Of a stretch of DNA of 64,000 nucleotides, positions 36,753 to 45,222 are shown piece by piece. Position 1 is the first letter of the stretch. The number at the start of each line of letters is the position of its first letter. Source of the stretch: Campylobacterales bacterium. Lineage in GTDB: Bacteria > Campylobacterota > Campylobacteria > Campylobacterales > Arcobacteraceae. The stretch is taken from NCBI GenBank assembly GCA_038248665.1, contig JBBRXF010000001.1, positions 91,083-155,082 of the forward strand, written 5' to 3'. The notes beneath the pieces were generated by a model that was not told the DNA's origin, did not search any database, and saw only the letters and a program-made list of their open reading frames with translations. Position numbers and translations under genes: made by a program.

Positions 36753-37498
36753 AATTTAACTCCTGCAAGAATTTCTACAATATGCATAACTTTTATAGGA
36801 TTCTTATCTCTATTTATAATCCCATCCATATGCATTAAACATGACATATCAGCACCTGTTATTACTTGTGCAGATGAATCTAAATGATCTTTAATTCTAT
36901 CTTTTCCCATAGCAACAGAAATAGCTTCTTCTTGTACACTAAAAGTTCCTCCAAAACCACAACACTCATCTTCTCTTCTTAATGTAACTAACTCAATATC
37001 AGATACTTTGTTTAGAAGATTTTTTAGTTTTGAATCATAAGGAATATTAAGTTCACTAGCAGTTGCTAATTTTAAAACTCTGTGTCCATGACATGAATTG
37101 TGAACTCCAACTTTGTGTGGGAATGAAACGTTAAAATTAATATTTTCGATTTTTATAATATCATGTAAAAATTCACAAACTTCATAAATAGAAGCTTTTA
37201 CTTTATTATAATCTTTGTCATTGTCAAAAAACTCTGCATAATGTTCTTTTACCATAGATACACAAGAACCACTAGGTGCAACTATATAATCAAAGTCTTT
37301 GAATGTATTTACAAATTCAATAGCTAATTTTTTTACATCTTTTGAACAACCAGAATTGGCCATAGGTTGTCCACAACAAGTTTGACTAAGCGGATACTCT
37401 ATTTGTAAACCTTGATTTTTTAATACTTTATAGGTTGCTTTACAAATATTTGGATATAGCTCATTCATAAAACAGGGAATAAAAAGACCTATTTTCAT
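36749..37498 (-). CDS. lutA: Lactate utilization protein A ((Fe-S) CCG-domain oxidoreductase)
   Basis: It has two CCG motifs (QTCCGQP, DECCGFGG), matching the LutA/YkgE family. Confidence 0.9.
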   Translation of the reverse strand: MKIGLFIPCFMNELYPNICKATYKVLKNQGLQIEYPLSQTCCGQPMANSGCSKDVKKLAIEFVNTFKDFDYIVAPSGSCVSMVKEHYAEFFDNDKDYNKVKASIYEVCEFLHDIIKIENINFNVSFPHKVGVHNSCHGHRVLKLATASELNIPYDSKLKNLLNKVSDIELVTLRREDECCGFGGTFSVQEEAISVAMGKDRIKDHLDSSAQVITGADMSCLMHMDGIINRDKNPIKVMHIVEILAGVKL

Positions 37499-37558
37499 AT
37501 ATACTCCTACTTTTTAATAACTAATTTTATATTTTGTATATGAGATATGTATGATATT

Positions 37559-38128
37559 TTATTTTTTCAAGAATATGCTAACATCATTATCTAGGTAGTT
37601 TTCTTCGATTCTTATCTCTTTTGTTAAACTACCACAATAATCAAAAATATCTTTTATTTGTACTTTTGTAAGGTCATCATTTTTTAGGAAATTAAAAATA
37701 AATGCTATATTAGAATTTTCAAAACACTTTTCTATAAAAAGGAATACTTCTTCTTTATCTAAAATATTCATAGCTCCACTGCAAATATAATAATCTGCAT
37801 TTGGAATTTCATCTTTTAAAATATTTTTTATAAAAAATTCTGTTCCTAAAAATCTTTTTGAAGCTAGATTTATCATCTCTTCTTCACAATCTATTCCAAT
37901 ATAGGTTTTAGGTTTAAAATTATTGTCATAAAGATAATTATAATACTCTGCAAAACCGCAACCTGCATCTACTATATTTGAATCTTTAATTTCGTCTTTT
38001 ATAAAATTTGTTAAAACTTCAAATCTTTTATATTGAGTATATTTTGAGTTCCATTGAACTCCTTCTGCACTTATTCCATATTTCTTGATTGCAGGTTTGT
38101 AAAATTTATGATTATCTTTTTGTGCCAT
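37559..38128 (-). CDS. Class I SAM-dependent methyltransferase
   Basis: Motif I is IVDAGCGFAEY. The start codon abuts the stop of the upstream deaminase gene. Confidence 0.75.
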   Translation of the reverse strand: MAQKDNHKFYKPAIKKYGISAEGVQWNSKYTQYKRFEVLTNFIKDEIKDSNIVDAGCGFAEYYNYLYDNNFKPKTYIGIDCEEEMINLASKRFLGTEFFIKNILKDEIPNADYYICSGAMNILDKEEVFLFIEKCFENSNIAFIFNFLKNDDLTKVQIKDIFDYCGSLTKEIRIEENYLDNDVSIFLKK

Positions 38129-38572
38129 TTAGTTTTGTTCTGAAATTTGTTCTATTTGAACATTATTATCTTTTATAAATTTTGATATTACTTCAGAGTT
38201 TGTATGTTCATAGGCTTTTTCATAAACAATTCTTTTTATTCCACTTGCAATTAGATTTTTGGAACATTCACTACAAGGTTCAAGGGTTACATAAATTGTT
38301 CCACCTTCAATTGATATTCCTTTTCTTGCTGCCCAAATTATTGCATTCATTTCTGCGTGAATCTCGTATGTTTTTGACCATTCATGGTGATCTTTTGTGT
38401 ATTCACCATTCCAATGTTCAGTACAATTTTTGTAACCAGCTGGTGTTCCATTATATCCTGTAGATAATATTCTTCCATCTTTTACAATTACAGCTCCAAC
38501 TTGTTTTGATACACATTTTGATGCTTTTGAAATCTCTTTTGCAATATTTATAAAACTTCTATCGTTTAACAT
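38129..38572 (-). CDS. dCMP deaminase (ComEB-type)
   Basis: It has the zinc motifs HAEMNAI and PCSECSKNL of the cytidine/deoxycytidylate deaminase fold. 147 aa. Confidence 0.85.
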   Translation of the reverse strand: MLNDRSFINIAKEISKASKCVSKQVGAVIVKDGRILSTGYNGTPAGYKNCTEHWNGEYTKDHHEWSKTYEIHAEMNAIIWAARKGISIEGGTIYVTLEPCSECSKNLIASGIKRIVYEKAYEHTNSEVISKFIKDNNVQIEQISEQN

Positions 38573-38741
38573 TTTTTTCCTAACTTAATTTTTTTGATTA
38601 TATCAAAAAGATATTTTAAATAAATAAGAGAGGAATTCTATCTGAAACTTAAATAAAGCTTATTTAAATATACAAAAATATATTTATCAGAAAAAATGTG
38701 CTATTATGAGAAAAAATTTTATTAAATTAAAAAGGCTGAGT

Positions 38742-39206
38742 ATGGATTTTAAAGATATCAAAGAATTAATAAGAGTATTTGATAAGAGTGAACTTAACAA
38801 ATTAAAGGTTAAAGAAGGTGAATTTGAAATCTCTATGCAAAGAGGTTTTGAAAATGGATTTACTACAGTTACAACTTCTGCTCCAATGGCACAAGCTGCG
38901 GCTATTTCAGCTCCAGCTGTAACATCTGCACCAGTTGCAGTTGAAACAGCAAGTGTTGTTAAATCAGGTGAAGTAATTAATTCTCCAATGGTTGGAACAT
39001 ATTATTCTTCACCATCTCCTGAGTCTCCTTCATTTGTAGAAGTTGGTTCAACTGTTAAAAAAGGACAAACTCTTTGTATTTTAGAAGCAATGAAAATTAT
39101 GAATGAAGTTGAAGCAGAATTTGATTGCAAAATTATTGAAATTTTAGTTAAAGATGGTTCTCCTGTTGAATATGACATGCCAATTTTTGTTGTTGAAAAG
39201 TTATAA
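38742..39206 (+). CDS. accB: Biotin carboxyl carrier protein of acetyl-CoA carboxylase
   Basis: It has the EAMKIMNEV biotinylation motif and an Ala/Pro-rich linker. I chose the ATG at 38742, which has an AAGG RBS. Confidence 0.9.
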   Translation: MDFKDIKELIRVFDKSELNKLKVKEGEFEISMQRGFENGFTTVTTSAPMAQAAAISAPAVTSAPVAVETASVVKSGEVINSPMVGTYYSSPSPESPSFVEVGSTVKKGQTLCILEAMKIMNEVEAEFDCKIIEILVKDGSPVEYDMPIFVVEKL

Positions 39207-39215
39207 GAGTTAATT

Positions 39216-40568
39216 ATGGCAGAAATTAAAAAAATTTTAATAGCTAATAGAGGCGAGATTGTTCAAAGAGCTATTAGAACTATTAGAGAAATGGGTAAGA
39301 AATCAGTTGCTGTTTACAGTGCAGGTGATAAAAATGCATCTTATTTAAAACATGCTGATGAAGCTGTATGTATTGGTGGTGCAAAATCAAAAGACTCATA
39401 TTTAAATATTCCAGCAATTATTACAGCTGCTGAAATGACAGGTTGTGATGCAATTTTCCCTGGATATGGTTTTTTATCAGAAAATCAAGACTTTGTTGAA
39501 ATTTGTAGATTACACAATATTAAATTTATTGGTCCATCTGTTGAAGTAATGGAAAAAATGGCTGATAAATCAAAAGCTAAAGAAGAGATGGTAAGAGCTG
39601 GTGTTCCTGTAGTTCCAGGTTCAAAAGGTTCTGTTCATTCTGTTACTGAAGGTAAAAAACTTGCTCTTGAAATTGGTTATCCAATTATGGCAAAAGCTGC
39701 TGCTGGTGGTGGTGGAAGAGGAATGAGACTTATTCATGATGAATCTGAATTCGACCAACTATTTATGGCAGCATCAAGTGAAGCATTAGCAGCATTTGGT
39801 GATGGAACTATGTATCTTGAAAGATTTATTAATAATCCTAGACATATTGAAGTTCAAGTTGTTGGAGATTCTCATGGTAATGCAATTCACATAGGTGAAA
39901 GAGATTGTTCACTTCAAAGAAGACATCAAAAAGTTATTGAAGAATCACCTGCAATTTTATTAAATGATGAAACAAGAGCAAAACTTCACGAAGTTGCAGT
40001 AAAAGCTACTAAATATTTAAAATATGAAGGTGCTGGTACATTTGAATTTTTAGCAGATGATAAACAAAATATCTATTTTATGGAAATGAATACAAGACTT
40101 CAAGTTGAACATCCAGTTTCTGAAATGGTTTCAGGTATTGATATTGTTGAATTAATGATTAAAGTAGCTGAGGGTGAAAAAGTTCCTTCTCAAGAATCTA
40201 TTAAATTCAGAGGTCATGCAATTGAGTGTAGAATTACAGCAGAGGATCCTAACTCATTTTTACCAAGTCCTGGGAAAGTAACACAATGGATGGTTCCAGG
40301 TGGAAGAAATGTAAGAGTTGATTCTCATGTTTATACAAACTATGTTGTACCTCCATATTATGACTCAATGATTGGTAAACTAATTGTTTGGGGAAGAGAT
40401 AGAAATAAAGCTATCAATATTATGAAAAGAGCTTTAGCAGAGTTTGAAGTTGAAGGAATTAAAACAACTATTCCATTCCACCAAAAAATGATGGAAAATG
40501 AAGATTTTATTTCAAATAATTATGATACTAAATACTTAGAAAACTACAAAAAACTAGACGACTTATAA
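39216..40568 (+). CDS. accC: Biotin carboxylase
   Basis: KILIANRGEI and the ATP-grasp motifs (GGGGRGMR, EMNTRLQVEH) are present. Confidence 0.97.
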   Translation: MAEIKKILIANRGEIVQRAIRTIREMGKKSVAVYSAGDKNASYLKHADEAVCIGGAKSKDSYLNIPAIITAAEMTGCDAIFPGYGFLSENQDFVEICRLHNIKFIGPSVEVMEKMADKSKAKEEMVRAGVPVVPGSKGSVHSVTEGKKLALEIGYPIMAKAAAGGGGRGMRLIHDESEFDQLFMAASSEALAAFGDGTMYLERFINNPRHIEVQVVGDSHGNAIHIGERDCSLQRRHQKVIEESPAILLNDETRAKLHEVAVKATKYLKYEGAGTFEFLADDKQNIYFMEMNTRLQVEHPVSEMVSGIDIVELMIKVAEGEKVPSQESIKFRGHAIECRITAEDPNSFLPSPGKVTQWMVPGGRNVRVDSHVYTNYVVPPYYDSMIGKLIVWGRDRNKAINIMKRALAEFEVEGIKTTIPFHQKMMENEDFISNNYDTKYLENYKKLDDL

Positions 40569-40593
40569 GAAAAAGAGCTTAGCTCTTTTTCTT
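40567..40593 (+). terminator. Rho-independent terminator after accC
   Basis: AAGAAAAAGAGC-tta-GCTCTTTTTCTT is a perfect 12-bp stem. Confidence 0.7.
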
Positions 40594-40806
40594 AAAGCTT
40601 AAATTTATCTAAAACTAGATACAATCCGCTAAATTATACACATTTATATACCCATTTTACTTTGATAGACTAATCAAAGATTCATTTTTATTAAACTGAC
40701 TTACTTGCAAGACTCAAATTGCGTTTTAATTGTACATTTATGGGGAGATTAAATCTAACTTATATAACCGTGTGTATTTTTTATAAATATATACTAAGGT
40801 AAAAAA

Positions 40807-42429
40807 ATGACTTTTAACGAATTCAATTTAAAAGACTTATTGCAAAAAGCAATAGACGAAGCAGGTTTTAAAGAACCAAGTCCTATCCAAGAACAAGCAA
40901 TTCCATTTGTATTAGCAGGAAGAGATATTGTTGGTCAAGCACATACAGGAACTGGTAAAACAGCAGCATTTGGACTTCCAATTTTAAATAATATGAAAGG
41001 GAACTCAGGTGTTGAAGCAGTTGTTATTGTTCCTACAAGAGAACTTGCAATGCAAGTTTCAGATGAATTATACAGATTTGGTAAATTCCTAGGTGTTAAC
41101 ACTGCAACTGTATATGGTGGACAAGCATATGCTAGACAAATTAAATTAATAGAAAATGCAGGAATTATTGTTGCTACTCCAGGAAGATTTTTAGATCTTT
41201 TAAGAGGTAATAAAATCAATATTAAACCTGATTATGTAATTCTTGATGAAGCAGATGAAATGCTTGATATGGGATTCTTAGATGATATTAAAGAGATTTT
41301 TACTTTCTTACCAAAAGAGAGACAAACTCTATTATTCTCTGCAACTATGCCAGTAGCTATTAAAAATCTTGCTAAAACAATTTTAAATAATCCAGAATTT
41401 ATTACTTTAACAAAAAGTGATGTTACAAATTCAAAAATTACTCAAACTTTCTACGTTGTAGATGAGAGAGAAAGAGATGATGCACTTATTAGATTATACG
41501 ATTACAAAAATCCAACTAAATCTATTATCTTTTGTCGCACAAAAAAAGAAGTTGATAGATTATCGACTTTTATGGTTTCTCAAGGATTCATGGCAAAAGG
41601 TCTTCATGGTGATATGGAGCAAAGACAAAGAGAAGAAGCAATTAGAGCATTTAAAACTTCTAAATTAGAAATCTTAATTGCAACAGATGTTGCAGCTCGT
41701 GGACTTGATGTAAATGATGTTTCTCATGTATTTAATTATCATTTACCATTTGATTCTGAGTCTTATGTACATAGAATCGGAAGAACAGGAAGAGCTGGAA
41801 AAGAAGGTATTGCTGTTTCAATAGTAACTCCTCATGAATTTAGAATGTTACAAAAAATTGAAAAAAGTATTGGTACAAAATTAGAAGCTAAAATTGTTCC
41901 AAATATTGATTCAGTAAAAGAGAAAAAAGTTACTGAATTAAAAAATCAAATTAGTTCACAAGAAATTAGTGAGTATGCATTAGCACTTGTAGAAGATTTA
42001 AAAGAAGAGTTTGATATTTCTACAATTGCATTTAAATTAGCATCAATGATTTCAGCATCTACATTAGTTCAAGGTAATAATAATATTGGAAAATCAGAAT
42101 CTGATATTAAAAGACTTATTGAAAATTCAAGTAGATATGAAAATGATGGTTCATCTTCTGGAAGAAATTCAAGAGGTGGAAGAGGTGGGAAATTTGGTGG
42201 TTCTAGAGGTGGAGATAGAGATAGAAACTCTAGACCATCAGGTGATAGAAACTCAAGAGGTGGAGATAGAGATAGAGCTCCAAGAGGCGATAGACCAGCT
42301 GGAGACAGAGCACCAAGACCATCAGGTGACAGACCAAAACCAAGTGGAGATAGAGCACCAAGAGGTGATAGACCTTCAGGAGATAGAGCACCAAGACCAT
42401 CAGGTGACAGAAGTAGAAAAAGAGATTAA
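40807..42429 (+). CDS. DEAD-box ATP-dependent RNA helicase with a long Arg/Gly/Asp/Pro-rich tail
   Basis: It has the Q-motif (FKEPSPIQ), AHTGTGKT, DEAD, SAT and HRIGRTGRAG. About 90 C-terminal residues are GDR/RGG repeats. Confidence 0.95.
   Translation: MTFNEFNLKDLLQKAIDEAGFKEPSPIQEQAIPFVLAGRDIVGQAHTGTGKTAAFGLPILNNMKGNSGVEAVVIVPTRELAMQVSDELYRFGKFLGVNTATVYGGQAYARQIKLIENAGIIVATPGRFLDLLRGNKINIKPDYVILDEADEMLDMGFLDDIKEIFTFLPKERQTLLFSATMPVAIKNLAKTILNNPEFITLTKSDVTNSKITQTFYVVDERERDDALIRLYDYKNPTKSIIFCRTKKEVDRLSTFMVSQGFMAKGLHGDMEQRQREEAIRAFKTSKLEILIATDVAARGLDVNDVSHVFNYHLPFDSESYVHRIGRTGRAGKEGIAVSIVTPHEFRMLQKIEKSIGTKLEAKIVPNIDSVKEKKVTELKNQISSQEISEYALALVEDLKEEFDISTIAFKLASMISASTLVQGNNNIGKSESDIKRLIENSSRYENDGSSSGRNSRGGRGGKFGGSRGGDRDRNSRPSGDRNSRGGDRDRAPRGDRPAGDRAPRPSGDRPKPSGDRAPRGDRPSGDRAPRPSGDRSRKRD
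42160..42426 (+). repeat. Imperfect tandem coding repeats (GDRAPRPSGDR-type) in the helicase tail
   Basis: Units such as gacagagcaccaagaccatcaggtgacaga recur at the DNA level. The protein reads ...GDRNSRGGDRDRAPRGDRPAGDRAPRPSGDRPKPSGDRAPRGDRPSGDRAPRPSGDR... Confidence 0.8.
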
Positions 42430-42639
42430 TTCTCTTTTTCACTCATTTCTCTTTATTCAATTCTTTATTTCATCTTTCTAAAACAAAAATAATTTAAATC
42501 TTTCAGTAATAAAATATAGTTAAACACCTCAAATTAACGATAAAAGCTATATTTAGTTTAAGCTTCTTTAAAGCTATAATAAGCGAAATACCACTATAAT
42601 GCCCGAAATAGATTACAAGTCAGTTACAAAAGGTTTACT

Positions 42640-44223
42640 TTGGATATTAAAACAATCAACAAATTTGAAAAAGCAAGAGATAAAACTCTTCCTGGTTTTG
42701 CAAAGCTTTCATTAGCATTATTATTTATAGTAGTAGTATTTTTATGGTCATATACTTCTAATGGTAATGTTCCTAATAACACATTTCTAATAATTGGTGC
42801 AATATTTGGTGCATATATGGCTATGAATATAGGTGCAAACGATGTTGCAAATAATGTTGGCCCAGCTGTTGGTTCTAAAGCATTAACTCTTACAGGTGCA
42901 ATATTTATTGCAGCAATTTTTGAAGCTTTAGGTTCATTTATTGCAGGTGGTGATGTTGTAAAAACAATTAAAGATGGAATAATTAATCCAGCTTTAATAT
43001 CTAATCCAGAAATATTTATTTGGGCTATGACAGCAGCACTTTTATCTGGTGCTTTATGGTTGAATTTTGCAACTTCTATTGGTGCTCCAGTTTCAACTAC
43101 ACATTCAATTGTTGGAGGTGTAATGGGGGCAGGAATTGCAGCAGCTGGTTTTTCAATTGTTGCATGGGATACTGTCGGTAAAATTGTTGCTTCTTGGATT
43201 ATTTCACCTTTATTAGGTGGAATTGTTGCAGCAGGATTTTTGTTTTTTATCAAGAAACAGATTATTTACAAAGAAGATGTATTAGCAGCTTCAAATAAAT
43301 TTGTTCCTTTATTAATTGCTTTTATGGCTTGGTCTTTTAGTACTTATTTAATTTTAAAAGGTCTTAAAGCCATTGTTAATGTAAACTTTTTTGCTGCTAC
43401 ATTAATTGGTTTGGCTATAGCAATTGGTATTTATTTTGTTGTTAAACCATTGGTTGCAAAAGCATCAGCTAAATTACAAAATAATAGAGCATCTATAAAT
43501 ACATTATTCAATTTGCCACTTATTTTTGCAGCTGCTTTATTATCATTCGCTCATGGTGCAAATGATGTTGCTAATGCAATAGGACCACTTGCAGCAATTA
43601 ATGATGCTATTATGAATTCTGATATTTCATCGAAAGTTTCTATTCCTATATGGGTTATGGCTGTTGGTGCATTTGGTATTGTTGTCGGACTTGTATTATA
43701 TGGACCTAAATTAATTAAAACAGTTGGGTCTGAAATAACTGAACTTGACCAAATGCGAGCTTATTCAGTTGCTATGTCTGCTGCACTTACAGTTATTATT
43801 GCAAGTCAATTAGGTCTTCCAGTTTCTTCTACACATATAGCAATTGGTGGAGTTTTTGGAGTTGGATTTTTAAGGGAATATCTTGATGCAAATGAGCAAA
43901 GATTTTTGCAAGAAACAAGAAAGAAGTTTAAAAAACACAAAAGAGAACTTGATATTATGCAAGAAGAGTTAGATAAACTTGAATTAATTGAAGATAAATC
44001 TAAAGCAAATTATATTCGTATTGTTGAGCTTTATAAAAGAATTGATGAAAGAGAAGAGTTAATTAAACAAGAAAGAAAAGATGTAAAAGATGCAAAAAGT
44101 ACAAAATATGTAAAAAGAGATGCAGTTAAAAAAATTATTGCAGCTTGGATTATTACTGTTCCTGCTGCTGCTATTCTTGCTGCTGCAATTTTCTTTATGA
44201 TAAAAGGTATTATGATTCCATAA
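42640..44223 (+). CDS. PiT-family inorganic phosphate transporter
   Basis: The GANDVAN motif occurs twice (N- and C-halves), and a large charged cytoplasmic loop separates them. TTG start with AAAGG upstream. Confidence 0.9.
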   Translation: MDIKTINKFEKARDKTLPGFAKLSLALLFIVVVFLWSYTSNGNVPNNTFLIIGAIFGAYMAMNIGANDVANNVGPAVGSKALTLTGAIFIAAIFEALGSFIAGGDVVKTIKDGIINPALISNPEIFIWAMTAALLSGALWLNFATSIGAPVSTTHSIVGGVMGAGIAAAGFSIVAWDTVGKIVASWIISPLLGGIVAAGFLFFIKKQIIYKEDVLAASNKFVPLLIAFMAWSFSTYLILKGLKAIVNVNFFAATLIGLAIAIGIYFVVKPLVAKASAKLQNNRASINTLFNLPLIFAAALLSFAHGANDVANAIGPLAAINDAIMNSDISSKVSIPIWVMAVGAFGIVVGLVLYGPKLIKTVGSEITELDQMRAYSVAMSAALTVIIASQLGLPVSSTHIAIGGVFGVGFLREYLDANEQRFLQETRKKFKKHKRELDIMQEELDKLELIEDKSKANYIRIVELYKRIDEREELIKQERKDVKDAKSTKYVKRDAVKKIIAAWIITVPAAAILAAAIFFMIKGIMIP

Positions 44224-44266
44224 GTAGATTTTCTACTTATGAATCTTCTCAAAATTTATCTCATTA

Positions 44267-45217
44267 ATGATAAAATCTCTAAATTTTTATTAGGGATTTA
44301 TTATCGAAGCTATATTCTCTGTTTTACCCATTTATTTTTTTATTTTATTAGGTTTTACTGCAAAAAAGATTTTTACTAATCAATTAGATGAAAGAACATT
44401 AGTTTTAATCTCTTTATATTTTTTCCAACCTATATTAATTTTTTGGGGATTAACTAAAAAACCTATTGATTATGAATTTGTTGTATCTCCAATTTTATAT
44501 TTTATTATTCTATTAATCTCTTTATCTATTCTAATTTTAATTAATAAAAAGATTTTTTCTCAAAGACAAGAACAATCTATGTATTTGGCAACAGCATTAA
44601 TTGGAAATACTGGTAATCTTGGAATTCCTTTAGGAATTGCACTTTTTGGTATAGAATCTGTGCCATATACAAGTATAATAAATATTGCCAATACTTTATT
44701 TATCTACATTTTTTCAGTCTATTTTTTTGCAAGAGATCAATTTTCTATTAAACAAGCAATAATTTCTATTATGAAGATTCCCGGTATTTGGTTTGCAATT
44801 TTTGCTTTATTGATAAATTCACAAGGTGTAGTTATTAACAAATATATTTATAGTGCACTTGAAATGGGTGGATATACTTCTATGGTTATTCAACTATTTA
44901 TATTTGGAATGTATTTATCAAGTGTTAAAATAAAAGTTTTGCCTTGGTATTCAGCTTTACATATAAGTTTTGTTAAACATATTTTATTACCTTTAATTGG
45001 ATTACTAATCGTTATAAATTTCACAAATTTAAACTCTTATGTTGCTTCTATTTTAATTATGGAATTAATGGTTCCTTTAGCTGTTAATAATGTAAATCTT
45101 GCAGCTTTATACCATTGTAAACCTTATGATGTTGCTGCATCAATTTTAATTTCTAGTGTCATTTTTGTTTCTTTATTATATTTTTATATTCAAATCATTG
45201 AATATTTTGTGAAGTAG
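44267..45217 (+). pseudogene. Auxin-efflux-carrier (AEC) family permease interrupted by an in-frame TAG at codon 9
   Basis: The ATG at 44267 reads MIKSLNFY, then TAG (44291-44293). The same frame continues GFIIEAIFSVLPIYFFILLGFTAKKIF..., a typical AEC N-terminus. It runs without any ATG/GTG/TTG to the track's ORF start at 44579. Confidence 0.6.
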
Positions 45218-45222
45218 TTTTT

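Noticed and set aside
40669-40688. CTTTGAT-agacta-ATCAAAG inverted repeat in the DEAD-box helicase leader, as a second FNR box
   Set aside because: The spacer is 6 nt, not the 4 nt of the FNR/CRP consensus. It is more likely a 5'-UTR stem, since long structured leaders are common for cold-shock helicases.
42086-42481. ORFs 42086-42481 (+) and 42230-42442 (-) with striking repetitive translations
   Set aside because: They are alternative-frame readings of the tandem GDR/RGG coding repeats in the DEAD-box helicase tail, so they are repeat artefacts.
42600-42716. Small ATG-initiated ORF (MPEIDYKSVTKG...) overlapping the PiT 5' end
   Set aside because: It is in a different frame from PiT and has no RBS. 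Its hydrophobic stretch mirrors the PiT leader region. The TTG start with AAAGG upstream explains the locus.
42624-43253. 209-aa ORF antisense to the PiT transporter
   Set aside because: The PiT frame carries two GANDVAN signatures. The antisense product is low-complexity (Ala/Ile/Pro-rich).
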